NCBI GenBank assembly: GCA_038321985.1
Contig: JBBQFN010000045.1
Coordinates: forward strand, 1-40,945
Direction: 5' to 3'
DNA from: Cyanophyceae cyanobacterium
GTDB lineage: Bacteria; Cyanobacteriota; Cyanobacteriia; Cyanobacteriales; Laspinemataceae
DNA length: 40,945 nt
Shown piece by piece: positions 18,288-28,243 of this stretch. Numbering within the stretch: the stretch's first letter is position 1; every line of letters begins with the position of its first letter. The notes below the pieces were generated by a model that worked only from the letters and a program-made list of their open reading frames with translations, was not told the origin of the DNA and searched no databases. A program made the position numbers and the translations under genes.

Positions 18288-21200
18288 ATGATGCTATCGG
18301 TTCCAGGCTATCAAATTCTTGCCAAAATTTACGAAAGTTCCAATACCCTTGTCTATCGAGGACGTCGCGAGTTCGATGGGCAACCCGTTATCCTTAAAGT
18401 TCTTCATAAAGACTATCCCACTGAGCAAGAACTAGGGAATTATCAACAAGAATATGAATTAATTCGTTCTTTTAATTTACCGGGAATTATTAAAGCCTAT
18501 AGTCTGGAAAAATATCAAAATACTTTAATGATGAGCTTGGAGGATTTTGGGGGAGAATCCTTAAGACAATTAATTACCTCTCAAAAATTTACAATCCTTG
18601 GATTTTTAAATCTGGCGATTAAAATCGCCGAAAGTTTAGCCGAGCTCCACTCTGCTAATATTATTCACAAAGATATTAATCCGGCCAATATTGCCTTTAA
18701 CCCGGTTACGGGACAACTCAAAATCATCGACTTTAGTATCTCTACGGTATTGACCCGAGAACATCCCACCGTGGAAAAGTCTGCTGCCTTAGAGGGGACT
18801 CTGGCTTATATGTCCCCGGAACAAACCGGCAGAATGAACCGATCGCTCGATCGCCGCAGCGATTTTTATTCCCTCGGGGTTACTCTGTACGAACTCCTGA
18901 GCGATCGCCTCCCCTTTGAAACCACCGATGCGATCGAATTAGTTCATTGCCACATTGCGATCGAGCCAGTTCCCCCCCATCAACACAACCCCGACCTTCC
19001 TAAAGGCCTCTCGGACATCATCCTCAAACTCTTGGCAAAAAGCCCCGAAGAACGCTATCAGAGCGCTTGGGGGTTAAAAGCCGATCTAGAGGAATGTCTT
19101 AGCCAACTGAGGACCACTGGCACTATTGCGGAATTTCCCCTAGGACGGATGGATATTTCTGATAAATTTCAAATCCCCAAAAAATTGTACGGTAGACAAA
19201 CTGAAATTGAACGCTTTATGAACGCTTTTGATCGCGTCATGGGGGGTCATACTGAAATGATTTTAGTTGGGGGGTATTCTGGAATTGGAAAATCCGCTTT
19301 AGTTGATGAAATTAAATATAAAATTAATCAGAAAAAAGGATATTTTATCTCGGGTAAATTTGACCAATTTCAGCGATATGTTCCTTACTCAGCCATTGTG
19401 ACTGCCTTTTCTGATTTAGTCGAACAATTGTTAACCGAAAGCGAAAAGCAGCTAGAAATCTGGAAAGAGAATTTATTAACTGCCCTCGGTTCTAACGGCC
19501 AAATCATTATCGATGTCATCCCGGAAGTTGAATTAATTATCGGTCATCAACATCCCGTGCCGCAACTCGGACCGAGTGAATCTCAAAACCGATTTAATTT
19601 AGTTTTTCAAAATTTTATTCGCGTCTTTTGTACCCAAAAACATCCTTTAGTAATTTTCCTCGATGACTTGCAGTGGGCAGATTCGGCAACACTCAAGCTA
19701 ATTGAGTTAATGATGACCGATGAAAAGACACGATACTTATTTCCAATTGGAGCTTATCGAGATAATGAAGTCAACCCCACTCATCCCTTAACCCTCACCT
19801 TGGATGGACTTCGGAAACAAGGGGCGACGATTAATCAAATGACCCTAACACCCTTGGGAATTGAGCAAATCAACCAACTGATTAGTGAGACCTTACATCA
19901 GGACCGAATGACGGTACAACCCTTGGCGGAATTAGTCGTCCAGAAAACCCAGGGGAATCCCTTCTTTGTCAATCAATTTTTAAAGACGCTCTATCAGGAG
20001 AATCTTCTCACATTTAATCCCAATGCGGGCAATGACAAAATCGGGGGGTGGCAATGGGATATTGAGCAAATTAAGGCCGTAGGAATTACGGATAATGTCG
20101 TAGAATTGATGGTTAGTAAATTAAGGAAATTGCCGGAAGCAACTCAAGAAGTGCTACGGCTAGGGTCTTGCTTGGGGAACCAATTTGACTTAAATACCCT
20201 GTCTTTGATTTATGCCAAGGAATCTTTCGGGACATTCTCCGATATGTCACCGGCGATCGCCGAGGGATTGATTCTACCTATTATGGCGGAAGAAGTAACC
20301 GACCCCAGTTCTATTAATCCCCTATTAATTCTCAGCTATAAGTTTTTACATGATCGAGTACAGCAGGCAGCTTATGCCTTAATTGACGACTCCCAAAAAA
20401 AGGCAGTTCACCTGCAAATTGGCCGGATGTTAGTCGCCAGTACCCCGGAAGAATATTGGTCGGATAAAATATTTGAACTGGTGGATCATTTGAATGTAGG
20501 CCGATCGCTGATTGATGAAGAGGCGGAAATTATAGAATTGGCGACTTTAAATTTAGAGGCGGCGAAAAAAGCTAAAAATGCCACTGCCTATGTCGCCGCC
20601 CATCAATATTTGAAAGCCGGCATGGACCGCCTCACAAAAAGCATTTGGGACAGCAATTATGAGTTAGCCTTGGAACTCTACAAACAACGCTCCCTGGTTG
20701 AGTATCTAAATGGCAACTTTGAGGAATCCGAAGCCTTTATTAAAGAAACTCTCAACCGGACTCACTCAGTTATAGAAAAGGCGGAAATTAATAATTTGCT
20801 GTTACTTCAATATGTCTTGCGTGGGGAATACAGCCAAGGGTTGAAAACAGGACGGAAAGCCCTCTCACTCCTGGGAATTGACTTACCGGAGACCGATTTA
20901 CAAACGGTGATCGGGACCGAATTTGCCGCTGCCAAAGCCAAATGGGAAGGGAAAGAAATTGCCCGGTTAATCGATGAACCTCAGACCACTCGACCCGAAA
21001 CCAAAATCGCCTTAAAACTGCTCACCACCCTTGCAGCTCCAGCCTACTTGATTGACCCCCAACTCTGGATGGCGATCGTTCTCAAAGGGGTGAATCTTTC
21101 CCTAAAATACGGCAGCATCCCCGAGTCTTGTATTTCTTATACCAACTACGGACTGCTGCTAAATTCAGTCTTGGGAGATTATAAATCGGGCTATGAATTT

Positions 21201-23693
21201 GGATTATTAGCCCTCAATCTGATTGAAAAATGGGGAAGTATTGAACTAAAAAGTAAAGCTTGTGCGGGATTTGCCAATACCTTAAGTTTTTGGTTTAAAC
21301 ATATCAAAGAATCGAATCGACTCAATAAAGAAGGGTATCAAGCAGCCTTGGAATCCGGGGATTTAGAATATGCTGGATATCTTCTTAATAATACCGTCAT
21401 CAATTCTTATTTTGAGGGTCAAAACATCTCTCAAATCAGCAAAGAAACCACCCCCTGTTTTCATTTCGCGCAAAAAACTAAGAATCAAATCTCAAGTGAC
21501 CTCACCCTGGGGTTACAACTGATCCTCTTTAATTTAATGAAAATTACACCCGACCCCCTAGAATTTTCTTATGAAGAAACCAGCGAAGCCGAATATTTGG
21601 CAAGTTGTTATCAGGAGAACAAATTTTATTCCCTCTGTACTTATTTAATCCGAAAATTACAGGTCCTCTATCTCTATAATCGCCTAGATGAAGCAAAAAC
21701 TTGTGCTTTAGAAGCAGAAAAATATCTGCTATATATTACGGGTACTCTGCCCACAACGGATTATAATTTTTATCACTCCCTGCTGTTATGTGCACTCTAT
21801 ACTCAGGCATCGCCGGAAGAACAAACAGAGTATCAGGAAAAAATCGCCGCTAATCAACAACAGATGAAAGTTTGGGCAGACAATTGTCCGGACAACTTTG
21901 AACATAAATATCTGTTAGTAGGAGCGGAACTTGCACGGATGGCGGGAGACGAAGAGGAAGCTCTCGACTTGTACGATCGCGCCATAGAATCCGCCCGGAA
22001 ATATGAATTTATCCAAAACGAAGCCTTAGGGAACGAACTGGCGGCAGAATATTGGTTCCAACGGAATAAACAAAAATATGGCCGCGTTCACCTGCGAGAA
22101 GCCTATTATGGATATCAACGCTGGGGTGCCGTGAGAAAAGTAACCGAACTAGAGGCGATTTATCCACACTTACTGACCAAAGCATCGGGGAATTCAGGGG
22201 CGATCGACACTCGCACCACCGCCATTCATACCACCACCGACAATCATGCCGGTATCCTGGATTTAGCCTCAGTGATGAAAGCATCCCAAGCAATTTCAGG
22301 AGAAATTGTCCTGGATAAATTGCTGGCAAAACTGATGAAAATCTCCATCGAAAATGCCGGTGCACAAAAAGGATGCTTAATTTTACCCGCAGAAAGTAAA
22401 CTCACGATCGCCGCCGAAGCATCCGTTGATCGCGAAGAAGTCACCGTCGCTCAATCTGCACCGGGAACTCTGGGAGGGCGATCGCTAGAACCCGATCAAG
22501 TCCCCGTCACCCTCATCAACTATGTTGAACGGACCAAATCGGATGTCGTCCTCACTGATGCGGCAACCGATGGCAAATTCACCGCCGACCCTTATATTAT
22601 TTCCCACAACTTAAAATCCGTCCTGTGCCTTCCGATACTCGATCGCGGGCAATTAATCGGCATCCTCTACTTAGAAAATAATCTGACTACCGGAGCCTTT
22701 ACCACCAACCGTTTAGAAGTGCTAAGACTGCTCTCTGCTCAGGCGGCAATTTCTCTAGAAAATGCCCTTTTATATGCCTCCGTCGAGCAGAAAGTGCAAC
22801 AACGCACCCAGGAATTAAATGAGAAAAATACCCGACTTGAACAAACGTTACATGAACTACAGCGCACCCAAGCTCAATTAATTCAAAGTGAAAAAATGTC
22901 CGGACTTGGACAAATGGTAGCCGGGGTTGCTCATGAGATTAATAATCCCGTAGGGTTCATTTATGGAAACCTAACCCCCGCTTCTCAATACGTTCAAGAA
23001 TTGATGAATTTAATTGAAATTTATCAGCAGGAATATCCCAATCCCACCCCGATTATTATTGAAACTTTGGAAGAACTCGACCTAGAGTTTTTAGCCGAAG
23101 ACTTGCAAAAACTGCTCAATTCTATGAAAGGAGGAGCAGAACGCATTCGCAATATAGTCCTATCCCTGCGAAATTTTGCACGTCATGATGAGGCGGATAT
23201 GAAACCCGTAGATATTCATGAAGGCATCCAAAGTACCTTGATGATCTTGCAACCGCGACTGCGGTGCGAAGGAGCACAGCGGGGAATTGAGGTGATAGAA
23301 GAGTATGGTACTTTACCCCGAGTCACCTGTTACGCCTCGGAACTGAATCAGGTGTTCATGAATATTTTAAGTAATGCGATTTATGCATTAGAAAAAAACG
23401 AGAACATCGCAGTACCCACGATTCAGATTCGTACCGAACTCAGTCGTCGCAATTCGGCGATCGTCCGTATTTCTGATAATGGTCCAGGAATGAGCGATGA
23501 GGTATTAAGGCGGATTTTTGACCCATTTTTCACCACCAAACCTGTCGGTTCGGGGACGGGTTTAGGGTTATCCATCAGCTATCAAATTGTCGTCGAAGCA
23601 CATGGCGGAGAACTCACCTGCACCAGTACACCGGGAAGCGGGACTGAATTTGTGATTGAGATTCCCCTGCAACCGCGCTCAAGGTTTAGTTAA
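18288..23693 (+). CDS. Ser/Thr kinase - P-loop ATPase - GAF - histidine kinase (HstK-like)
   Basis: IIHKDINPANI, IIDFS, GTLAYMSPEQTGRMN; Walker A GYSGIGKS, IFLDDLQWAD; GAF (SVLCLPI, LYLEN); H-box VAHEINNP, N-box NQVFMNILSNA, DNGPG, FFTTKPVGSGTGLGL. TATAAT at about 18251. Confidence 0.94.
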   Translation: MMLSVPGYQILAKIYESSNTLVYRGRREFDGQPVILKVLHKDYPTEQELGNYQQEYELIRSFNLPGIIKAYSLEKYQNTLMMSLEDFGGESLRQLITSQKFTILGFLNLAIKIAESLAELHSANIIHKDINPANIAFNPVTGQLKIIDFSISTVLTREHPTVEKSAALEGTLAYMSPEQTGRMNRSLDRRSDFYSLGVTLYELLSDRLPFETTDAIELVHCHIAIEPVPPHQHNPDLPKGLSDIILKLLAKSPEERYQSAWGLKADLEECLSQLRTTGTIAEFPLGRMDISDKFQIPKKLYGRQTEIERFMNAFDRVMGGHTEMILVGGYSGIGKSALVDEIKYKINQKKGYFISGKFDQFQRYVPYSAIVTAFSDLVEQLLTESEKQLEIWKENLLTALGSNGQIIIDVIPEVELIIGHQHPVPQLGPSESQNRFNLVFQNFIRVFCTQKHPLVIFLDDLQWADSATLKLIELMMTDEKTRYLFPIGAYRDNEVNPTHPLTLTLDGLRKQGATINQMTLTPLGIEQINQLISETLHQDRMTVQPLAELVVQKTQGNPFFVNQFLKTLYQENLLTFNPNAGNDKIGGWQWDIEQIKAVGITDNVVELMVSKLRKLPEATQEVLRLGSCLGNQFDLNTLSLIYAKESFGTFSDMSPAIAEGLILPIMAEEVTDPSSINPLLILSYKFLHDRVQQAAYALIDDSQKKAVHLQIGRMLVASTPEEYWSDKIFELVDHLNVGRSLIDEEAEIIELATLNLEAAKKAKNATAYVAAHQYLKAGMDRLTKSIWDSNYELALELYKQRSLVEYLNGNFEESEAFIKETLNRTHSVIEKAEINNLLLLQYVLRGEYSQGLKTGRKALSLLGIDLPETDLQTVIGTEFAAAKAKWEGKEIARLIDEPQTTRPETKIALKLLTTLAAPAYLIDPQLWMAIVLKGVNLSLKYGSIPESCISYTNYGLLLNSVLGDYKSGYEFGLLALNLIEKWGSIELKSKACAGFANTLSFWFKHIKESNRLNKEGYQAALESGDLEYAGYLLNNTVINSYFEGQNISQISKETTPCFHFAQKTKNQISSDLTLGLQLILFNLMKITPDPLEFSYEETSEAEYLASCYQENKFYSLCTYLIRKLQVLYLYNRLDEAKTCALEAEKYLLYITGTLPTTDYNFYHSLLLCALYTQASPEEQTEYQEKIAANQQQMKVWADNCPDNFEHKYLLVGAELARMAGDEEEALDLYDRAIESARKYEFIQNEALGNELAAEYWFQRNKQKYGRVHLREAYYGYQRWGAVRKVTELEAIYPHLLTKASGNSGAIDTRTTAIHTTTDNHAGILDLASVMKASQAISGEIVLDKLLAKLMKISIENAGAQKGCLILPAESKLTIAAEASVDREEVTVAQSAPGTLGGRSLEPDQVPVTLINYVERTKSDVVLTDAATDGKFTADPYIISHNLKSVLCLPILDRGQLIGILYLENNLTTGAFTTNRLEVLRLLSAQAAISLENALLYASVEQKVQQRTQELNEKNTRLEQTLHELQRTQAQLIQSEKMSGLGQMVAGVAHEINNPVGFIYGNLTPASQYVQELMNLIEIYQQEYPNPTPIIIETLEELDLEFLAEDLQKLLNSMKGGAERIRNIVLSLRNFARHDEADMKPVDIHEGIQSTLMILQPRLRCEGAQRGIEVIEEYGTLPRVTCYASELNQVFMNILSNAIYALEKNENIAVPTIQIRTELSRRNSAIVRISDNGPGMSDEVLRRIFDPFFTTKPVGSGTGLGLSISYQIVVEAHGGELTCTSTPGSGTEFVIEIPLQPRSRFS

Positions 23694-23705
23694 CCCACCA
23701 CCCCC

Positions 23706-23737
23706 AAAACCCGGTATCTCGAAGCAACCCGGGTTTT
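23706..23737. repeat. AAAACCCGG...CGGGTTTT inverted repeat (dispersed repeat / terminator-like)
   Basis: aaaacccggtatctcgaagcaacccgggtttt between the kinase stop and the next gene. Confidence 0.5.
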
Positions 23738-23774
23738 AAATCTACTCAATATCTACCTTACCCGCTACAATTCT

Positions 23775-25136
23775 ATGAGTGAATCTTCCATCCGTCCAGC
23801 CGTCATTACCAAAATAATTCCCGATTCCATCGCCGCCGAAATGGGATTTGAACCCGGCGATGCGATCGTTTCCATCAACCAACAAAAACCCCGAGACTTA
23901 ATTGATTATCAATTCCTCTGTGCCGATGAACTCCTGGAACTCGAAGTCATCGATACCCGAGGCAAAACCCATCAATTAGAAATCGAAAAAGACTACGATG
24001 AAGACCTCGGCATCGAATTTGAATCCGCCTTATTTGATGGACTCATTCAATGTAACAATCGCTGTCCCTTCTGCTTCATCGACCAAAAGCCTCCGGGAAT
24101 GCGAGATACCCTCTATCTCAAAGATGATGACTATCGCCTCAGCTTTCTCTATGGTTCCTACCTCACCCTCACCAACCTCAGCCAAAAAGAGTGGAACCGC
24201 ATCGAACAAATGCGCCTTTCTCCCCTCTACGTTTCCGTCCATGCCACCGAACCGGAAATTCGCATTCGCCTGTTAAAAAATCCTCGCGCCAGCCAGATTC
24301 TCGACCAATTAAGCTGGTTTGCAGAAAAACGCCTGCAAATTCATGCTCAAGTCGTTGTTTGTCCCGGGATTAATGATGAAAAACACCTCGAAAAAACTCT
24401 CTTAGACTTAGCAAAATTTGGCAGCGGAGACATTCCCGCAGTCGCATCCGTAGCCGTCGTCCCCGTCGGCTTAACTCGTTTTCGTCCAGAGGAAGATGAA
24501 CTCATCCCCGTCACCGCAGAAAAAGCCCGAGAAGTCATCCAACAAGTGCAAACCCTACAACTCAAATTCCGCAAAACATTAGGGTCCACCTTTGCCTGGT
24601 TAGCCGATGAATGGTTCCTGATTGCTGGGGAAGAATTGCCTCCCGAATCCGACTATGAAGACTATCCCCAAATTGGCAATGGCGTCGGTTCCATCCGCCA
24701 ATTCCTAGAGGAATTTGATGAAATTGCCACGGAATTATTGCCGCCAAAGGTGTCTCCCCCGCGACAATTCACCTGGGTTGTGGGAAATGCCGTAGAAAAA
24801 GCCTTTCAACCCATTGTAGAGCGCCTAAATTCGGTAGAAGGATTACAGATAGAAATGGTAGCCCTCTGTAGCGACTTCTGGGGACAAACTATGAGCGTCA
24901 CTGGAGTGCTAACAGGTCAAGATTTACTGAACGGTTTGAGAAATAAGCCGTTAGGCAATGCAATTTTATTACCCGATGTAATGTTAAAACATGGGGAAAC
25001 CCGGTTTTTAGATAATATGACCGTCGAGGATTTAGCGGCTCAATTAAAAACGCCTATATTGCCAGTCAGTGGGATTGAGGGGTTAATTTTAGGTTGTATT
25101 GATGGGATATCCGAGTTGGTGGAGATGTCCAGATAA
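23775..25136 (+). CDS. TIGR03279-type PDZ / radical-SAM-like / DUF512 protein
   Basis: N-terminal PDZ-like SIAAEMGFEPGD, CNNRCPFC (CxxxCxxC), KDDDYRLSFLYG, SVHAT, VCPGIND and YPQIGNGVG. Confidence 0.9.
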   Translation: MSESSIRPAVITKIIPDSIAAEMGFEPGDAIVSINQQKPRDLIDYQFLCADELLELEVIDTRGKTHQLEIEKDYDEDLGIEFESALFDGLIQCNNRCPFCFIDQKPPGMRDTLYLKDDDYRLSFLYGSYLTLTNLSQKEWNRIEQMRLSPLYVSVHATEPEIRIRLLKNPRASQILDQLSWFAEKRLQIHAQVVVCPGINDEKHLEKTLLDLAKFGSGDIPAVASVAVVPVGLTRFRPEEDELIPVTAEKAREVIQQVQTLQLKFRKTLGSTFAWLADEWFLIAGEELPPESDYEDYPQIGNGVGSIRQFLEEFDEIATELLPPKVSPPRQFTWVVGNAVEKAFQPIVERLNSVEGLQIEMVALCSDFWGQTMSVTGVLTGQDLLNGLRNKPLGNAILLPDVMLKHGETRFLDNMTVEDLAAQLKTPILPVSGIEGLILGCIDGISELVEMSR

Positions 25137-25274
25137 GGCTAGGCAGGAGAGGGTTTGGGCTAAATGCAGCTAATGTTTGACAAAATAACCAAATTATGTT
25201 AGAGTCAGTACCCTAGATACATATCCTGTAACCCTGAGTTCCTGTAGCTGCACCCTGCGTGGATCTCAGCCCAC

Positions 25275-25560
25275 TTATGGCATTATCTCCGCAGGGCGCG
25301 ATCGCTGGCCGCAGAAAATGCTCGAACACCCCCAGGCTAGCTAATCCAAAAGTCGCGCTCGTTTTGCGATTAAATCTTTCTTTTTTAGCGACTTAGAACC
25401 GGAGGCACGGTTGGAATTAATGAAACATCGGTTAATGTCCCTGTCGCGCCCAACACAAAAATTTCTCACAAAAGCCTGTGCCGGAGGATTTCTATCAAGT
25501 CGCCCTGTGAAATCGACACTCTGGATGTTCTGAAATTAGAAAGCGACTGGGTGCAACAAC
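25275..25560 (+). pseudogene. Decayed 5'-truncated copy of the padR gene at 28875-29450
   Basis: Aligns by eye to about 29078-29362 (e.g. gggcgcgatcgctgg..aaaatgctcgaaca, tgccggaggatttctatcaag); TGG>TAA at 25342, a second TGG>TGA and +1 insertions. Confidence 0.88.
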
Positions 25561-25830
25561 GCTTAAGTCTCAGATATCAAGAGTTAATCTGTTAACCAGT
25601 CTGGAGCAATGAATTATTTTGGGATTGCTAGGCTAAGACTATGCCAGATGTGCGATCGCGCCCCTGCAGCTTCTTTAAGGTCGAATGAACAGCGATCCCC
25701 TAGCTCGGTAGCGGTAAGTACCTTTGAGAATCTACTTCTTAAGTAGCAGTACAAATCTAGCTCTTCAGCAGTAGGTTTTTTTTAGAAATAATAGTTAGTG
25801 TAGTGAATGTAGGAATACCCAAGGATATAT

Positions 25831-27015
25831 ATGACCGATAATAACCCGCATTTTAATAAGCCTGACGCAAATCCTGACTTTCTGGAAAAGAATGTTGACA
25901 ATAGCAAAAACCAGCAGATTCAGGCGCAGACTAGCGAAAATGCAGAATCACCGGAAGATGAATCATCAGGCTCAGGCCTTGGTGCCAGGATAGCTGGAGC
26001 AGCAGTCGGGGGTATACTGGGTGCTCGCTCTGGAGGCCTTATTGGTGCTGTAGCCGGCTCAGTTGCTGGGGCTATGATTGGTAAAGGTACTGCTGATACG
26101 GTTAACCGTGCTGTAGATAATTTAGGGGATGCAGCACATACTGTCGCAGACGGTATTACCCACACTGTCGAAGATTTAGGGGCAGTAGCAAGGGAAACTG
26201 CGGAGGAAGTTAAACCCTCTATCAAAGCTACAGCAGAAGCCCTCAAGGAAACTGTTGAGGAAACTAAGCCTTCGATTAAAGGTATAGCCGAATCTGTCAA
26301 TGAGACAGTGAAGGAAGTCAAGCCTTCTGTAGTAGATGCAGTCAAGAGCGCATCCGAGGAAGTCAAACCTACGATTAGAGAAGTAAAAGATTCAGTCAAG
26401 CAGACAGTCGAAGGTGTCCAGCCTTCTATACAAAGTGCAGCGGACTCTATTAAGAGCACTGTCGAGGAAGTTAAACCTTCTGCCAAAGCTGTAGCTCAGG
26501 AAATTGAGGGGGCAAGTAAGGATCTGAGATCCACTGTAAAAGATACAGCGAAAGCAGTTGAGCCATCTATAAAAAGCGCAGCCCAATCGCTTCAATCATC
26601 TGGCAAGAGTGTAGCTGAATCAATGAAGTCATCGGCTCAAAGCGCAGCGCAGGATGTTAAGTCATCGGCCCAAAATGCCGCCGAATCTGCTAAAGATGCA
26701 GCGCAGGATGTTAAGCAGGATGTTAAGTCATCGGCCCCAAACCCAACCCCATTTCCTCAACCTCCAGCGCATGATTTTAAGTCCTCTGCCCCCAATGCAG
26801 CCCAATCTGCTAAAGGTGCAGCCCATGATGTTAAATCATCGGCCCAAAATGCAGCCCAATCTGCTAAAGGTGCAGCCCATGATATTAAGTCATCTGCCCA
26901 ATATCTAGCCGACTCCGCTGCCCAGAAAGATAAGGATAGCGATATTCATATCTCCGGCAGTCCTGAACTCAAGGACAAAGTGGTCATTCATGACAAGAGA
27001 ATCATTAAGGACTAG
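25831..27015 (+). CDS. Glycine-zipper plus 18-aa-repeat hydrophilic helical protein (LEA/apolipoprotein-like)
   Basis: AAGGA RBS; GAAVGGILG...GAVAGSVAGAMIG glycine zipper; repeats EEVKPSIKATAEALKETV and AHDVKSSAQNAAQSAKGA; A/K/S/E/V-rich. Confidence 0.8.
   Translation: MTDNNPHFNKPDANPDFLEKNVDNSKNQQIQAQTSENAESPEDESSGSGLGARIAGAAVGGILGARSGGLIGAVAGSVAGAMIGKGTADTVNRAVDNLGDAAHTVADGITHTVEDLGAVARETAEEVKPSIKATAEALKETVEETKPSIKGIAESVNETVKEVKPSVVDAVKSASEEVKPTIREVKDSVKQTVEGVQPSIQSAADSIKSTVEEVKPSAKAVAQEIEGASKDLRSTVKDTAKAVEPSIKSAAQSLQSSGKSVAESMKSSAQSAAQDVKSSAQNAAESAKDAAQDVKQDVKSSAPNPTPFPQPPAHDFKSSAPNAAQSAKGAAHDVKSSAQNAAQSAKGAAHDIKSSAQYLADSAAQKDKDSDIHISGSPELKDKVVIHDKRIIKD
26794..26901 (+). repeat. Near-perfect 54-bp tandem repeat inside the LEA-like gene
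   Basis: aatgcagcccaatctgctaaaggtgcagcccatgat(g/a)ttaa(a/g)tcatc(g/t)gcccaa twice; also a 12-bp duplication gcaggatgttaa x2 at 26703-26726. Confidence 0.9.
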
Positions 27016-27071
27016 GTAAAGTAAGGACTTAACTCCAGCTTGTTAAAGCTAGGGCTAAGAGGGTTTAACAG

Positions 27072-27101
27072 AGAGTGGCTCTTAGAAAAGAGACCACTCT
27101 T
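27072..27101. terminator. Hairpin between convergent genes
   Basis: AGAGTGG-CTCT-tagaaa-AGAG-a-CCACTCT followed by TT. Confidence 0.5.
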
Positions 27102-27107
27102 TGCTGT

Positions 27108-27186
27108 GCAATGGACCCTGACAGTACCAGGAGCAATGTAGAGAAGGTCTGCAATTTCCTGATTGCTCCGTCCGGCTACAATCACC
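27108..27186 (-). pseudogene. NarL/LuxR-type HTH fragment
   Basis: Minus-strand translation IVAGRSNQEIADLLYIAPGTVRVH matches the LuxR HTH consensus (GxSNxEIAxxLxIxxxTVxxH); no receiver domain or C-terminal helix. Confidence 0.78.
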
Positions 27187-27298
27187 GGCACGCCCAAGGA
27201 AGCAGATTTACAGCGAATTCGGCAATGAAGCATCTGGGTCCCCTGTCTGTGGGGGTTGAGTTCCTGTCGCTGCTTTGCCCCAAGTAGTTCCCAATTAG

Positions 27299-28243
27299 TT
27301 AGACAGAGGAGCGAAGGGTGAATACAGTGACCTCTGGTGGGCAATTGAGCCGTATCGGTATGATGCTAAAACCAATTCCTCGGTTTACATAAAGACGATT
27401 TCCTGATTGCCCATATCCTTTAATCCAGCCGTCAGCGTGTACCTCATTTTCTTTACTAAAAGTCATCCAAGTCCATTCTGGGGTGAAGGGTAGACGAACT
27501 TGCCCACCATGGGTGTGTCCTGCTACAGCCAAAGGTGCAGTGTTAGGAGGTAACGCTTCAAAGGAATCTGGGTTGTGCATCATCACCAACCTTGGTGTTC
27601 CTTCTGGCACTAAGTTCACCGCGACTTTCGGTTTATCGTTATTTGGCCAGTGTGCGCCGATGCCTACTAGGTATAGGGGGGTGTTGTCCGCCGTGTTTGC
27701 TGCCGTTTGGTTGCGATTCTCGGACGGTTCAATTGCTCTTAGGGGTGGGTTGCCGATCGCAACCGCCTCGTTCTGGAGGACTTCCACACCCACTGCTTCA
27801 AGCGCTTCATGCAATTGACGCGCTAACTCTCTGTTTGGCGTGGTTTGCTTGCTTTTCATGGCATAGTCATGATTGCCCAAGACAGCATAGGTGGGGATGC
27901 CTGCTTCTGGAAGCGATCGCACCATTTCAACAGCCTTGTTAATCTCTTCGCTGGGGTCTTCACCTGGATGGTAGATAAAGTCACCCGCAATGAGCACCAG
28001 TGCTGGACGCTCCTCGATTAATTGTTCCACAATGCGACCGATGGTATTAGTATTGTCCATCCACATTCCTATTTGCCAGTCAGCAATCAGTGCAACTCGC
28101 TTCCCTTCCCAAGCAGCGGGAAGATTAGGGATTTCTGCAACTTCCTCTTCTGTATCGATTAGGTACGGTTCGAGCAAACTCCAAAGGAGAATTAAGCCAA
28201 AAATTCCTAACAAACCTAACAACGTATATTTAATAGTCTTCAT
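27299..28243 (-). CDS. Membrane-anchored calcineurin-like metallophosphoesterase (YkuE-like)
   Basis: N-terminal TM; IADWQ, AGDF, LGNHD, MHNPD, AGHTHGGQ and VNRGIG motifs. Confidence 0.92.
   Translation of the reverse strand: MKTIKYTLLGLLGIFGLILLWSLLEPYLIDTEEEVAEIPNLPAAWEGKRVALIADWQIGMWMDNTNTIGRIVEQLIEERPALVLIAGDFIYHPGEDPSEEINKAVEMVRSLPEAGIPTYAVLGNHDYAMKSKQTTPNRELARQLHEALEAVGVEVLQNEAVAIGNPPLRAIEPSENRNQTAANTADNTPLYLVGIGAHWPNNDKPKVAVNLVPEGTPRLVMMHNPDSFEALPPNTAPLAVAGHTHGGQVRLPFTPEWTWMTFSKENEVHADGWIKGYGQSGNRLYVNRGIGFSIIPIRLNCPPEVTVFTLRSSV

Noticed and set aside
25920..26908. ORFs 25920..26486 (-) and 26654..26908 (+)
   Set aside because: Shadow or alternate frames kept open by the repetitive LEA-like gene.
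27012..27344. 110-aa ORF as a functional LuxR regulator
   Set aside because: Only about 25 aa resemble the HTH; the rest is unrelated and overlaps neighbouring genes.
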